41,049 bases of DNA from assembly GCA_964016885.1 (NCBI GenBank), contig CAXHJY010001408.1, forward strand, positions 1 through 41,049, given 5' to 3'. Position 1 is the first letter of the stretch; each line of letters starts with the position of its first letter. Below are positions 12,986 to 26,739 of the stretch, piece after piece. A program made the translations under genes and the position numbers. This stretch comes from Eledone cirrhosa (taxonomy: Eukaryota). The notes beneath the pieces are model-generated. The model had not been told where the DNA came from, ran no database searches, and was given only the letters and a program-made list of their open reading frames with translations.

Positions 12986-15546
12986 AGATTTAGAAGATTG
13001 AATGCTGCTCGTCTTAGGGATAAAAATGTGAAGAGGACATTGCGAGAAGAGATGCAGGTTGCAGATCTTGGTGAGGGTTGGCCGACCCTTAACAAGTCGG
13101 TTTATGATGTAGGCAGGCGTGTTCTGGAATTGGTGCAGAGAAAACATCAAGACTGGTTTAATGAGAATGATGAACATATAGAAGACTTATTGGCTGATAA
13201 GAGGCATGCTCTGTCATACTACTTGACGGCAAAACCACAGGAGACGAATAAGTTGCATAAGGAACTCAAGGATGTGAAATCAGGTGTTAGGCGGAGTCTT
13301 TCTCAGATGAAAGATCAGTGGTGGAGTGAGAAGGCTGATGAGATACAAACTGCGTCAGATTCCAATAACACAAAGCTGTTGTACAGTCTCTTTCGTGAAG
13401 TTTATGGACCGTCTTCTTCTCTGGTGACATCGTTTAGCAGCAAGGATGGCAAATAACTTCTTCGTGACTCACAAGGAATTCTACGAAGGTGGCGAGCTTT
13501 TGAATCAGCCGTCTGTCCTCAATGAAGATTTCCTCAATCTCATTCCAGAAAGTCCTCTGAAAGTAGCACTCGCAGAACCTCCGACGCTTGTGGAGGTTGC
13601 AGTGGCTATCTCGAAGCTGAACAGTGGACGGTCTCCATGTATGGATGGAATACATGCAGAGTTCCTACAATATGGTGGTGAGAGACTCCTGCAAAATCTT
13701 CATTCTTTGTTTGGCAGGATATGGGCTAATGAATCTGTACTTGAGGACTGGAGAGATGCAGTAATGGTGGTCTTGTACAAGGGAAAGGGTAACAGGAATG
13801 ATTGTGGGAACTACAGAGGTATATCTGTCGTAGGGAAAGTTTTATGTAGGGTGCTTCTGGACCGTCTGCTGACACACATTGTAGATTGTGTTCTTCCTGA
13901 AAGTCAATCTGGTTTTCGTGCTGGACGCGGCACAACTGATATGATCTTCTCAGCGAGACAGCTCCAGGTGAAGTGCATGGAACAAGGCTTGGATCTGTAT
14001 CAGGTTTTTGTCGATCTGACAAAAGCTTTCGATACTGTAAACAGAAATGCATTATGGAAGGTTCTCCAGAAACTTGGTTGCCCTGATAAGTTCCTTGCAT
14101 TAGTTAGGTCTTTCCATGAGGACATGAAGGCTTGGGTTAATGTCGGAGGTAACATGTCGGAGCCTATCTCAGTAAAAAATGGAGTGAAACAGAGGGATAT
14201 TCCAGCACCGACCCTGTTTGCCATATACTTTGCAATGGTTGTCTATATTGCATTCAGGAATTGCGAGCATGGTGTTTACATCCGATATCGAACCTCAGGC
14301 AGCATATTTAACATCAGGTGCTTTGCTGCAAAAACAAAAGTATTTACATCAATCATAAGAGACCTCTTGTATGCAGATGATTGCGATCTTGTAGCGCACA
14401 CAGAGACTGATATGCAGCACATTTTGAATGCATTTTCTGATGCTTGCACTGCCCTAGGATTGACTCAGTCTCAAGAAAACCGTCGTCATGTACCAACCTG
14501 CCCCTGGTAAGCAGTACAGTGAACCAAATATCTATGTGTATGGTAAACGACTTGGAGTGGTTGATCAGTTTGTCTACCTGGGAAGCACTGTCAATCGATA
14601 CAACCTTGATAATGAAATCCCACTAAGGATTAGAAAAGCAAGTGATGCTTTCGGAAAACTAGAAAGGCGCCTCTGGGGTCGGCGAGACATATACAAGAAG
14701 ACAAAGGTAAAGGTGTACAAGGCATGTGTGCTCTCTACTCTTCTTTATGCCTGCGAGAGCTGGGTCACATATCGACACCATCTTAAGCAATTGGAGTGTT
14801 TCCATCAGATGTGTCTCAGGCGGATCCATGGCGTTCACTGGAGGGGCCACATCAGTGATGTCGAGATTTTGGAAAGCTCTCTGTGTGACAGTATAGAGGC
14901 TCTTGTGCTTAAGCACGACTCCGTTGGAGTGGTTACCTTGCCAGGATGAAGGATTCTAGATTACCAAAACGACTCTTTTGTGGAGAGTTAGTTAAAGGAA
15001 AACGACCGCCACATAAACCAAAAAAAAGGTATAAGGATTCCTTGAAAGCCTCTTTGAAAGACGCTAACAGCTCTGCTGATACATGGGAATATGTTGCTCG
15101 TAATAAATGGAGAAAGACTGTATATGATGGGAAAGTTGCCTTTGAGGCATCTCGAATCGCATACGAGAAACTAAAGCGGGATGTGAGGAAGGGCATTCCT
15201 CATGTATTTGCAGACGGCGAGGGTCCCCTATGGCGCTGACATGCAGCGTCTATGCGAGACTCTGCCTAAGCAAAGCTGGACTCGAAAGTCATCTTCGCAG
15301 TCATAAAGTGAGACCAGTGGTTGACTACCAGGCTGCTGTTGGAGATGCTACTCGTCATGCTTGCCAAGCATGTGGTAGAGAATGTAAATCAACAGGAGGG
15401 CTCAAGCGACATGCAAAAGTACATGAACTCAACCACAGTCGGCTATTCCCAGTGAATGTTTTGGTTGCCGACTCTGTGCAAGACATTTTAGATCATTGGC
15501 TGGGCTAAAAAGCAATATTCGATCGCAGTGCTGTTAATTGCTATCG
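12986..15546 (+). mobile_element. RTE-clade LINE, 5'-truncated and frameshifted (linker, RT, C-terminal C2H2 fingers)
   Basis: ORF pieces 12965-13456 (KHQDWF), 13446-14510 (NYRGIS, QSGFRAGRGT, FVDLTKAFD, LLYADD), 14488-14949 (LLYACESW), 14946-15239 (RLPKRLFCGEL), 15230-15508 (zinc fingers); ends in (TG)n(TA)n. Confidence 0.95.
13446..14510 (+). pseudogene. Reverse transcriptase domain of the RTE LINE
   Basis: Non-LTR RT motifs including YADD; flanked by frameshifts. Confidence 0.93.
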
Positions 15547-15558
15547 TGTGTGTGTGTG

Positions 15559-15626
<68 letters not shown>

Positions 15627-16096
15627 ACAAACGTCTTAATACCTACAACAACAGATCAGAATACATCTATCTTTTTCTAGTTGGTGCAATGCTGTTGTTG
15701 TACTGAACTTCAATCAAGATGATTTAATTACGGAAAGAATTGAAGTACGACTCGTTTTTGCTTTGTATTTTTGATTTGCTTGCATGCGTCTTTCTTCTTT
15801 TTTTTTTGTGTATTATGCTTGCTTGTTTAGTTTTGTTTTGTTTTTATTTGTTGTTGTCGTTTATGTTTCTCTACCCCGCCTTACACCTCCAGCTCCATCC
15901 CATCTTTTCCCACCCCCTCTTTCGGCGTGCTTCATTTTATGAGATTATATCTTGTGTAGATCAGACAGTAACACTGGCGTAGTAACAATTGTTGAGACTA
16001 GGTCGTTTATCCAATTATTTCATTCACAGTCTATAAATTGTTAGTCTATACACGTTCATCGAAGAAAACACGTCAAAAGCCATAGAGTTTTCCTAT

Positions 16097-16131
<35 letters not shown>

Positions 16132-16197
16132 CACGTATTTATGAATATATATATAGATGTACATATATATATATACACACACATGTATTTATGTATG

Positions 16198-16259
<62 letters not shown>

Positions 16260-16300
16260 GACACATGTATTTATATATGTATATATTTATGTACTTATGA

Positions 16301-16340
<40 letters not shown>

Positions 16341-16447
16341 TGTGTGTGTGTGTGTGTGTGTGCGTGTGTGTAAAGGGTGTCACAGAAAATGTATACACAC
16401 TGCAGCAGCATTCTAATAAAAGCGGGTATACAATTTTGAGAGCCACC

Positions 16448-16514
<67 letters not shown>

Positions 16515-16528
16515 AGCATGCATATATA

Positions 16529-16600
<72 letters not shown>

Positions 16601-16654
16601 CATATATATATATGTGCATGCATAGATATATACATGCACATATATGTATATATA

Positions 16655-16816
<162 letters not shown>

Positions 16817-17002
16817 CTGTTCATATACATCGTATATGGTGTCTTCTTTATGAGATGAAACCTACTCACTGCCAGATTTCATATTTCTTTATCAATAAAA
16901 CCTGAAAACAACCAAGAGCTACTAGATTATACACGTCTGTATTTTATAGTTTTTGTTTCTTTGTTTTTTCTGTGTTGTTTTATTTATTGCGTTGTTGTTG
17001 TT

Positions 17003-17042
<40 letters not shown>

Positions 17043-17165
17043 CGTTGCTGTTTTGCGAATATTCTTATTGAGATTGATCTTAAAGACGACTACTTTGGTG
17101 TTTATGTAAAATGATGGCGTGTGTCCGCTTGCTAAATAAATGAATAGATAAATACGATATATATA

Positions 17166-17220
<55 letters not shown>

Positions 17221-17449
17221 TTGAGTGTGTGTGTGAGTGTGTGTATGAACATGTGTGTATATATATACACACTCATATATATATATATATATATACATTA
17301 CAGTATAATATATAGATACGCGTATATACATACAATCACATATTCAATATCTATAGGCTCTGTGATGTTCTACCCACACGCATCTCAAACACACACACAT
17401 ACACACACACAAACACACATATATACACGTATGTATATATATATATATA

Positions 17450-17534
<85 letters not shown>

Positions 17535-17759
17535 GAAATCTAATAGAACAACACAAACAACAAACCATGACTTGCAACCTCTGCTGGTAAGAAGCAGGAC
17601 CAAGCAATAGCTTACATACTGTGAAGACGTGCATGTTGGTATTAGTGTTAGGAATGTGAAAAAATACGGAACGAACCAATAAGTGATTGGTACTTCTGAA
17701 TGGATATTAGCTGATAGATAGATAGGCAGATAGATAGATAGATAGATACACAGATATGT

Positions 17760-17838
<79 letters not shown>

Positions 17839-18225
17839 GGGGCATGTCCATATGAAGTAGATAGTTATGGAGATTGATAGATTGATGAATAGCTAAATAA
17901 ATAGATAGATGCATTGAGTGATAGATAGATAGCTATGTAGATAGATAGATAGATATATAGATAGATAGATAGATAGATAGAGGGGTTAGAATAGCATGTC
18001 AACGAACATAAGTTGGATTAGAAACGTAAAACTTCTGAGACATGAGAAATCAACGGAATGAAATGTTGTATCAGTGAAAAAGTAGAGATAATTGAAGTAT
18101 AGAGAGAACAAAGATGGCGACCAACGCTGTAGTCGAATGAACTGCTTGGCCAGTTAAAACTATGTGTGACGTTACCTGTGTCGCTCTGTGTGCGTTTGTG
18201 AATACCGTGTGGATGTATATACAAA

Positions 18226-18272
<47 letters not shown>

Positions 18273-18315
18273 ACACAGACATAAATGTATAATATAGAAA
18301 TATAATTTTTATATT

Positions 18316-18394
<79 letters not shown>

Positions 18395-18823
18395 GAGCGT
18401 GTACATGATGTAGGACGTCGAAATAGTGGACAGACGACATCGTTACGAAATCAGTAAAGAACAGCATAGGTTAAAACACAAATAATACTGTACAGTGATT
18501 TTAATGTAATGTAAAATAAAAAGCTGGCTGTGAAATGAGAAAGTCTAGCAATGGAGGTTGAAAGCAACTAATGCAAGTCGGGCAGGCGAATGGATTTGTA
18601 TAGAATTGTATACAGAAGTGATGAAAAACTCGACGAGATTAGGAACATTAGTGTGAAAGGGAGACTCCATTGTATTAGAAAACAACAAAATAAGAGGATT
18701 ATTAAATGGAAGAGAGGAGGAAGAAAAAATAACGAATCAACAAGGAAACAATGGCGGATGTTAGACATGTAGATAATGGAAAGATATTGTACATCCTGTG
18801 CCTTGCATATGGCTCCTCCTGCC

Positions 18824-18842
18824 GCTGCTGCTGCTGCTGCTG

Positions 18843-18881
<39 letters not shown>

Positions 18882-18903
18882 ATACTACCACTACTACTAC
18901 TAT

Positions 18904-18938
<35 letters not shown>

Positions 18939-18971
18939 TTACTACTACTACCACTACTACTACTAATAATA

Positions 18972-19037
<66 letters not shown>

Positions 19038-19468
19038 ATAATAATAATAATAATAATACACTTTCTAACTCCGACTACTCCTCGTACAACTCCTACTTTC
19101 ACTTTCCTTCTTCTCTTCCTCATTCCTCTCCTGCTTTATTCTTTCCTTATAAAACCACCACTACCACCACCAACACCACCTAATCCAAAATCTCTCCCCT
19201 CCCTCTCCTCCTCCTCCTCCTCCTAGTACTACTACTACCACCACTACTACTACTACTACTACTACCACCACTACTACTACAACCATCACCACAACTATAA
19301 CGACTATTACTTCTACTACCATCGCCACTACTACTACTACTACTATTACTACTACTACTACTACTACTACTACTACCACTACCACTACTACCACTACTAC
19401 TACTACTACTACCACTACTACTACTATTACTACTACTACTACTACTACCACTACTACTACCACTACTA

Positions 19469-19508
<40 letters not shown>

Positions 19509-19567
19509 CACTACCACTACTACTACTACTACTACTACTATTACTACTACTACTACTACCACTACCA

Positions 19568-19636
<69 letters not shown>
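18824..19636. repeat. (GCT)n/(CTA)n/(TAA)n trinucleotide arrays
   Basis: Directly visible. Confidence 0.97.
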
Positions 19637-19860
19637 TCACTCACTCTATCCTTTTTTCCCCTGTCCATTCTTATCTTCCATCCTATTTTCCAACCTTTTC
19701 TAGGATAAGGATTTTTAACCCAACCGGTTTGGCGGGTTGGTCCTCAAGGTAATATAGAGGTGGAGGGGGGAGGGGGAGAGTGTAAGATAAGGGGCGAGAA
19801 CATTTTAATCATATCCGGACGCACCAACCCGTGAAACTATCCCCTGCACATGTACAAAAG

Positions 19861-21440
<1,580 letters not shown>

Positions 21441-23349
21441 TATTTCTTTATTAGCCACAGGGGCACAAAAGAAGGGGACAAATACAAAGGGGGAAGTTTA
21501 CATACAATAAAAACGTGTAAAATGTTATCACAGATGGAATTTAAAAGTTAGTCGATTTTCCCCAATAGAGGGAGACAGTTTATATGGGTAACACAGACCC
21601 CCGAAAAAAATGTGCAACCCTCATCTCCAGGAGTACGAAGAGCTTGTACTCCTTTCCTCTCCTCCTCCTTTTCCTCAACCTACAGGCTGATATAGAGAGA
21701 AGGCCCATTCACTCGGGCCATTCTCGCCACTTTCACCCACCTTTCATAAAACTTGCTGGGGTACAGCACCTCTCTCTCCATCCTGATTCTTCTTCCAAAG
21801 TGGTATTTGAAAAAAAGAATCAGTTGTTGGCCGGAGAGAAAGGTGTCTGACCTCAGCCCTTTCAACCTTGTCCACCATACAACCTCTTTCGCCATAGCTA
21901 TCACACAAAGGAAAACCGCCTCTCCTTCGTTTTTGAAGGAGGGTGGCGGTTTGATCATGACAATGGACTCGGTGGTCAACTGGATTGGTCCCACCCGCGA
22001 CAATAGTCGTTCTACATAGCCCCACAGGTCAGTGACGCCCGGGCAGTGTATGAATGCGTGCGCGACGGTTTCTTCGTCTCGCACGCACCTCGGACAGATC
22101 TTTTTTGCAGGGTCCCTGCCCGGGCGCCCATGTCTGTAGAGCTTGTCTCGAACTGGTAGAGCTCCTCGGTAGCACTGCCAGGCCAGGGACTTTTGGAAGT
22201 TGTCCATCGGTCCCGGGCGGAAGGTCCTACCGAACAGACTGGCCAGTTCATCTTCCTCCACGCCTAGAGTTTCACCGAGCGCGTCGTCGCACTTGCTGCG
22301 GACCAACCCTCTATAGAATGACGAAGTGGAGTCTCCACTGATCGCCGGGTCCGCCTGCCAGAGGGCTGTGAGCGCCTGAGCACATTCGATGTGCCAGTCG
22401 CCCATTTTCCTCGGTCTCTGCTTGACCCAGGACTGCAGCTCGGTCAGCGAGACGAGTCGTGGGAAGGCTCGCCTCACGAACGGGGCCCACACCGGTTGTC
22501 CGGTGAGGAATACGTAGAGATGCCGCAGCCTGAGCGCGTGTTTGCGCATCGTCAACCACGGCATCCCCAGCCCTCCGTTAGAAGGGTGTTGGCAGCAGAT
22601 GGATCTTCTTACCAAAGGAGCCCGCCTCTTCCAAAGGAATCGGAAGAGGGCGCGCTCCATTTTGGCGAGCGTTTTGGCTGGACAAGGCACGACGGTCAAG
22701 CGGTAGTAGATGGCGGACGCTATAAAAGTGTTCGCCACCTCCGCTCGACCTTTCAAGGATAGTTTGCACTCGGCCCACTTCTGGGTGAGTGCAAACACCT
22801 TGGCCGTCACTTCGTTCCAGTTCTTCTCCACCTGGAGGTCCGGACCAAACCAGACCCCGAGCAGCTTTACCGGTCCTTCCGTCCAGCGTCCGACGACGCC
22901 ATCGGAAGGCATCGGTCTGCCTCTCCACGATCCGAGTTGCAAACCGATGGACTTGTCCCGGTTCAGCTTCGCTCCTGTGAGACTTTCGTATTCCTTTAGT
23001 AAGGTGCCGACTTCCTCGATTTGCGAGGCGCTCGACACCATTACTGTCACGTCGTCGGCGTAGGCCGACGCCGCTTTCCGCAGTCCCGGTTCCAGAGGGA
23101 TGCCCTGCAATAGCTCCAGCTTCCGCAGTAGTGGCTCGAGAGTCAGTACGTACAGAAGGGAGGAGAGAGGGCATCCCTGTCGAATGGATCGCGTAATATG
23201 GAACGGCTCCGAGAGGTAACCGTTCACCTTGACCCTTGAGCAGATGTTGCTGTTGTGCATTGCAGCAATCCAGCCCCTGAACACGGGTCCGAAGCCTGCC
23301 GCCTCGAGCACCGCATCCAGGTAACGATGGTCAACCCTATCGAAAGCCT

Positions 23350-23352
<3 letters not shown>
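21441..23352 (-). mobile_element. L1/Tx1-clade LINE, 5'-truncated within RT, with 3' UTR
   Basis: KAFDRVDH, IRQGCPLS, AYADD, VKLLGV, GGLG and CPRC-x8-H-x4-C knuckle; GC-rich; 3' end CTGTGGCTAATAAAGAAATA abuts (TA)n. Confidence 0.95.
21680..23350 (-). CDS. Tx1-like ORF2 fragment (RT C-half plus zf-RVT knuckle), ~556 uninterrupted codons, no native start
   Basis: ORF track 21680..23524; the first 58 aa are read-through from microsatellite. Confidence 0.85.
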
Positions 23353-23391
<39 letters not shown>

Positions 23392-23460
23392 TATACATAT
23401 ATATATATAGAGATAGATAGATAGATATATACATATATATATATAGAGATAGATAGATAC

Positions 23461-23496
<36 letters not shown>

Positions 23497-23562
23497 TGGT
23501 AAACGGAAAAGAAAATGCTGACAAATAGTGAAAAATAGTTTAATTAGGAATAAGTGAGAATT

Positions 23563-23612
<50 letters not shown>

Positions 23613-23903
23613 ATATATAATACGAAGTATTCACAACCTCTAACTGGATTACCTATAACGATATTTTGTTATCCCTTATATATATATATACACATTTATA
23701 TATTTATATATAAGGCGCCCACCCCCCAAATGTATACACAATTTGATTACTGTATACGCAATATTTATTAGAATGCTGTTGAAGTATCTATACATTTCTC
23801 TCGAAAGCCCTGCACATGTATAGACTCGTCTCCAGCCACAATATGCTCATCAGACTTGTTAATGAAGCAAAACCAGACATTTATATATATATATACGTGT
23901 GTG

Positions 23904-23966
<63 letters not shown>

Positions 23967-23984
23967 TTGTGTGTGCGGTAAGCC

Positions 23985-24200
23985 ACAACAAATAACGCGC
24001 GCCATTTTATCCGACGCCCCTTATGATCACTATACTAATTCGCGGCAAACAACTGCCAGAGTATTTTCTCTGACTCGCTAATAACACTACTCCGCAGCAA
24101 ATACCAAACTATCTTATGCAACGACATTACGACTTTGCCAATTCGATGCAACAAATACCGAGTCATCTTATCCGATGCACCAACGACTCTGTCAATTTAC
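23985..24200. repeat. Highly diverged ~55-bp tandem repeat, about 4 units
   Basis: Recurring CAAATAC...CTTATCCGA...ACGACT...CAATT pattern. Confidence 0.5.
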
Positions 24201-24542
24201 CGTCTTTTAGTAAAGTAAGATATGGAATATATGAATGATAAGAAAAGAACGAGAATAGAATATTTATATCGTTCATATATATATATTCTAGTTTTTTCTC
24301 ATAACGGCGATCCATACTATATTCCCCCATGTGACAGATAACAACAGGACAGAAAGTTACTGAGTTTAATACAATATTTTATCTCAGACAGTGGTATAAA
24401 TATACAAAAGCAGTAGAACTTAGCCAATAACGGAAATTGCATTTAGTCTAGAAAGGAATACGCTCACGAATATAAGAATTACAGGAGCTGGGGCCGTAAT
24501 GCGCCATCTTCAGTATTCGGTAATTAGAAGGGTGGTAGGTGT

Positions 24543-24950
24543 AAAAGCCAAATTCACAATCTTCAAATCTATGTTCGTGCCAACTCTTACCTATGGTCAT
24601 GAATCTTGAGCAATGTCCGAAAGAATACGATCGCGAATACAAGCGACCGAAATGGGATTCCTCCGAAGGGTCTTTGGAGTAACGTTACTCGATAAAGTGC
24701 GTAACTCGGAGGTCAGAGAGTTTCTCCATATAGAGCCGCTACTTCTCCGAACTGTGAGAGATAACAGCTCCGATACTACAGACATGTGGTTAGAATGCTT
24801 CAGGAAAGAAACTTTGGGCGGATTTTAATGGCAGAACCAACCGGCAGGAGAGCCAGCGGTTGACTCCCGAGCAAGAGGGTTGGATAATATAATATTCATG
24901 ACCTCGGCTGGTCTCACTTAAGGATACAGCTGGATCAATTGGAGACGGTT
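24543..24950 (+). mobile_element. Decayed RTE (Expander/Rex3-like) 3' fragment
   Basis: Translates KAKFTIFKSMFVPTLTYGHES*AMSERIRSRIQATEMGFLRRVFGVTLLDKVRNSEVREFLHIEPLLLR...PTGRR. Confidence 0.88.
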
Positions 24951-25477
24951 GTTTCTGACAAGATCGATGTTTTTTTTTTGTTGTTTTTTTTAAAGTTTTT
25001 GCTTTACATTTGAAAAAGGAGTGATGGCTCTGAAATACCATGTTAAAATATACTTGGTAAAACATTACTTTTTTTGTATAAATTATCATCATTTTTCCTT
25101 TATATATTTCTACCACATTGTACCGGGTTTTTTTATTACATATCTCACAGTTTCGATTTAACAATATATATATATAATGATAATAATAATGATAATGAAA
25201 TGAAGCAATGCTATTAAGTATTACGTAATCCGGCTATGAGTAGTTTCATCAGCGAGGAAAATTAGCCTTTTCGGAACACAGGTTAGTGCTAGCCTGCTGT
25301 CTTGGTTTGAATTTACCATTACAGTAGTAATATATATACATATATATTTGCCCATCCAAATCTAACATTGGGATTATTAGCAAAAATGCAAAATATTAGC
25401 CCTTCTTAGTTATAATTGTATGTAGATAATATATATAAGTATAAATACTATCATTGTGGCCAATAAATGGAATCATT

Positions 25478-25672
25478 GTGAATTGGCAGTATCGGTAAAG
25501 GGTCGGACATGCTTTCCACCATAGTTACGTCCCTTTACGATCTGAGTTCAAATCCCGCCGAGGTTAACTTTGCCTTTCATCCTTACGGGGTCGATAAAAT
25601 AAGTTACCAGTAATGCTCTGGGTAATTGCTGGCCTTGTGCCTAAAGTAGAAACAATTATTATTATTATTATT
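25478..25672 (+). mobile_element. SINE family A with (ATT)n tail
   Basis: Homologous to 2176-2362. Confidence 0.9.
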
Positions 25673-25991
25673 ACAGTTGCATTTATCTTGCTTTATGTTC
25701 ATACGAGTTATCACCAAGTCACAACCGGTGACCTCAAGAGACAACAAGGTCCGCCATGTTCAAGAAAGAACATACATACTCACACATGCATCTTTAGTGT
25801 TTAGACTTGTGATGTACTTATATTGAAAGAATCTTCCTTAGTATATGGGCAGTTCCCATTAGTACTATCTTTTGTATTTCTCCTATACGCGGGTTTCCTG
25901 GGATTTGCGATAAGTAATCATTAGACCCCTTAGGTATCATTCCCAGAGCGCCCACAACCACTGGTATTGTTTTAGTTCTCAATTTCCACAT
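25673..25991 (-). mobile_element. R4/Dong-like RLE non-LTR retrotransposon, 3' fragment
   Basis: MWKLRTKTIPVVVGALGMIPKG...IQKIVLMGTAHILRKILSI* plus 3' UTR; flanked on both sides by (TAA)n. Confidence 0.85.
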
Positions 25992-26019
25992 ATTATTATT
26001 ATTATTATTATTATGTGTC

Positions 26020-26268
26020 TGTAAATTAAAGGTGGAAAACTGGGAGAGGGCACTTGCCCTGGTGGTCAGGGCCACTGTGGTCTTCTTAATGGGCTTTCTC
26101 CACAAATGTCCCTCGGAAGTCTCCCCCCTATTGGGGAATTTTTCTTTGTTATTTTATTTCATCCTCTGTTTTTTTTACACGCAGAAATGCCCATTTGTAC
26201 CGTCCTATATTGTCCTGTACTGTCCTTAATGTCTACTTTATGTAAACCCTTGTGGTTAATAAAGAAAA

Positions 26269-26298
<30 letters not shown>
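26020..26298 (+). mobile_element. 3' UTR fragment of a Tx1-related LINE with (TTA)n tail
   Basis: Shares GTCTCC(C/T)CTATTGGGGAA, TTTTACACG and TGTGG(T/C)TAATAAAGAAA with the 3' UTR of the element at 21441. Confidence 0.7.
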
Positions 26299-26299
<1 letters not shown>

Positions 26300-26526
26300 G
26301 TATATATATATATGTATTGTTATATTGGTGGAGGGTCATATTGTTATAATATTGCCGGAAATAATAATAGAACACACTGTTTGGTTTGGTTTGGGATGGT
26401 TTTCGATTCTGTGTCTTTTATATCTCCCTAGTTAATTTATCTGGCAATCAATGTTTATCAGTGATTGACCAACGGTTAAAAAAAATAAAATAAAATATAT
26501 ATATATATATATATTTTTTTTTTTAT

Positions 26527-26739
26527 CGATCGACTTTCGTCAAATCTGACCGTGGAAACAATGTTTCCGTTGGTCTTTCCAGTTGCTAATACTATCTCAC
26601 GGTTGCAACTCCAGGTAGAAGGAGCAACGTGAAATAAAGTGTCTTGCTCAAGGACATAACGCATCGCTCGGTCCAGGAACCGAACTCACAACCTCACGAT
26701 TGCGAATCCAATTCTCTTACCACTCAGCTAAACGCCTTC
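26527..26739 (-). mobile_element. SINE family B
   Basis: Closely similar to 846-1060; its head runs into the 27-bp array. Confidence 0.9.

Noticed and set aside
19715-19750. Hammerhead relic around ACCGGT
   Set aside because: Too many core mismatches and no second copy in the window.
21584-23174. Overlapping alternative-frame ORFs within the Tx1 element
   Set aside because: Expected by-products of GC-rich coding sequence.
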